Notes under the pieces: model-generated
What the model saw: only the letters and a program-made list of their open reading frames with translations
The model's database searches: none
What the model was told of the DNA's origin: nothing
Translations under genes and position numbers: made by a program
Source: Candidatus Omnitrophota bacterium
Lineage (GTDB): Bacteria; Omnitrophota; Gorgyraeia; Gygaellales; Profunditerraquicolaceae
Reading direction: 5' to 3'
DNA: 64,000 bases
Assembly: GCA_049517335.1 (NCBI GenBank)
Contig: JBEKSD010000011.1
Span: forward strand, 1 to 64,000
In this document: piece after piece, positions 63,726-64,000 of the stretch
Position numbering within the stretch: the first letter of the stretch is position 1
Layout: each line of letters starts with the position of its first letter

Positions 63726-64000
63726 ATGGATGGAAAAAAAATGTTCATAAAGAACAACGACGTTGTGACAAGGGAGATTGAGGGCGAGGTTATTCTTATG
63801 CCCCTGCATAGTTCATCAAAGGATCTTAACTATATCTATACCCTTAATGATACAGCATCTTACGCATGGTCTCTTATGGACGGCAAGACGGCTTTGTCGG
63901 ATATAAAAGGCCGCATTATGGACAGGTATGAAGTGGATGAGGCAAAACTTGATAAAGAACTCGGTGAGCTTATAAAAGATCTGCGTTCTATTAAGGCGCT
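63726..64000 (+). CDS. PqqD-family RiPP recognition element (runs off the window)
   Basis: VVTREIEGEVILMP...IYTLNDTASYAWSLMDGK...YEVD; RBS GAGGTG. Confidence 0.88.
   Translation, partial: MDGKKMFIKNNDVVTREIEGEVILMPLHSSSKDLNYIYTLNDTASYAWSLMDGKTALSDIKGRIMDRYEVDEAKLDKELGELIKDLRSIKA

Larger units (their letters stand above)
33816..64000. mobile_element. Tandem array of cargo modules delimited by repeated att-like sites downstream of the LSR (right boundary not seen)
   Basis: Sites at 33816, 43601, 46392, 58313, 58997 with conserved flanks separate functionally unrelated gene blocks. Confidence 0.65.

Overview
Bacterial window, probably Candidatus Omnitrophota; this is inferred from giant multidomain exported proteins with FWVNL...GRxLL and PGGIDF signatures and has not been verified. 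It has three parts. (1) 1-30.7 kb: a giant-protein locus. A 2408-aa and a 4403-aa ORF are probably one broken ~6,800-aa gene, followed by two paralogous exported proteins. Around them lie an ACP, five receiver-domain proteins with no complete kinase, attenuator-like leaders and a GEMM-I cyclic-dinucleotide riboswitch with A at position 20. (2) 30.8-33.9 kb: a compact mobile backbone with a YezD-like small protein, a short phage O-type initiator with iterons and DnaA boxes, and a large serine recombinase (LSR). (3) 33.8-64 kb: unrelated cargo modules separated by copies of a conserved site, GGT(T)-stem-ACC-CCA(G)TA. The first copy lies inside the 3' end of the LSR gene, and homologous non-coding DNA flanks several copies. 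This is a candidate integron-like cassette array driven by a serine recombinase. The last module is a radical-SAM/SPASM RiPP cluster with a PqqD protein and a 48-aa precursor missing from the ORF track. All calls come from motif recognition by eye; no searches were run.
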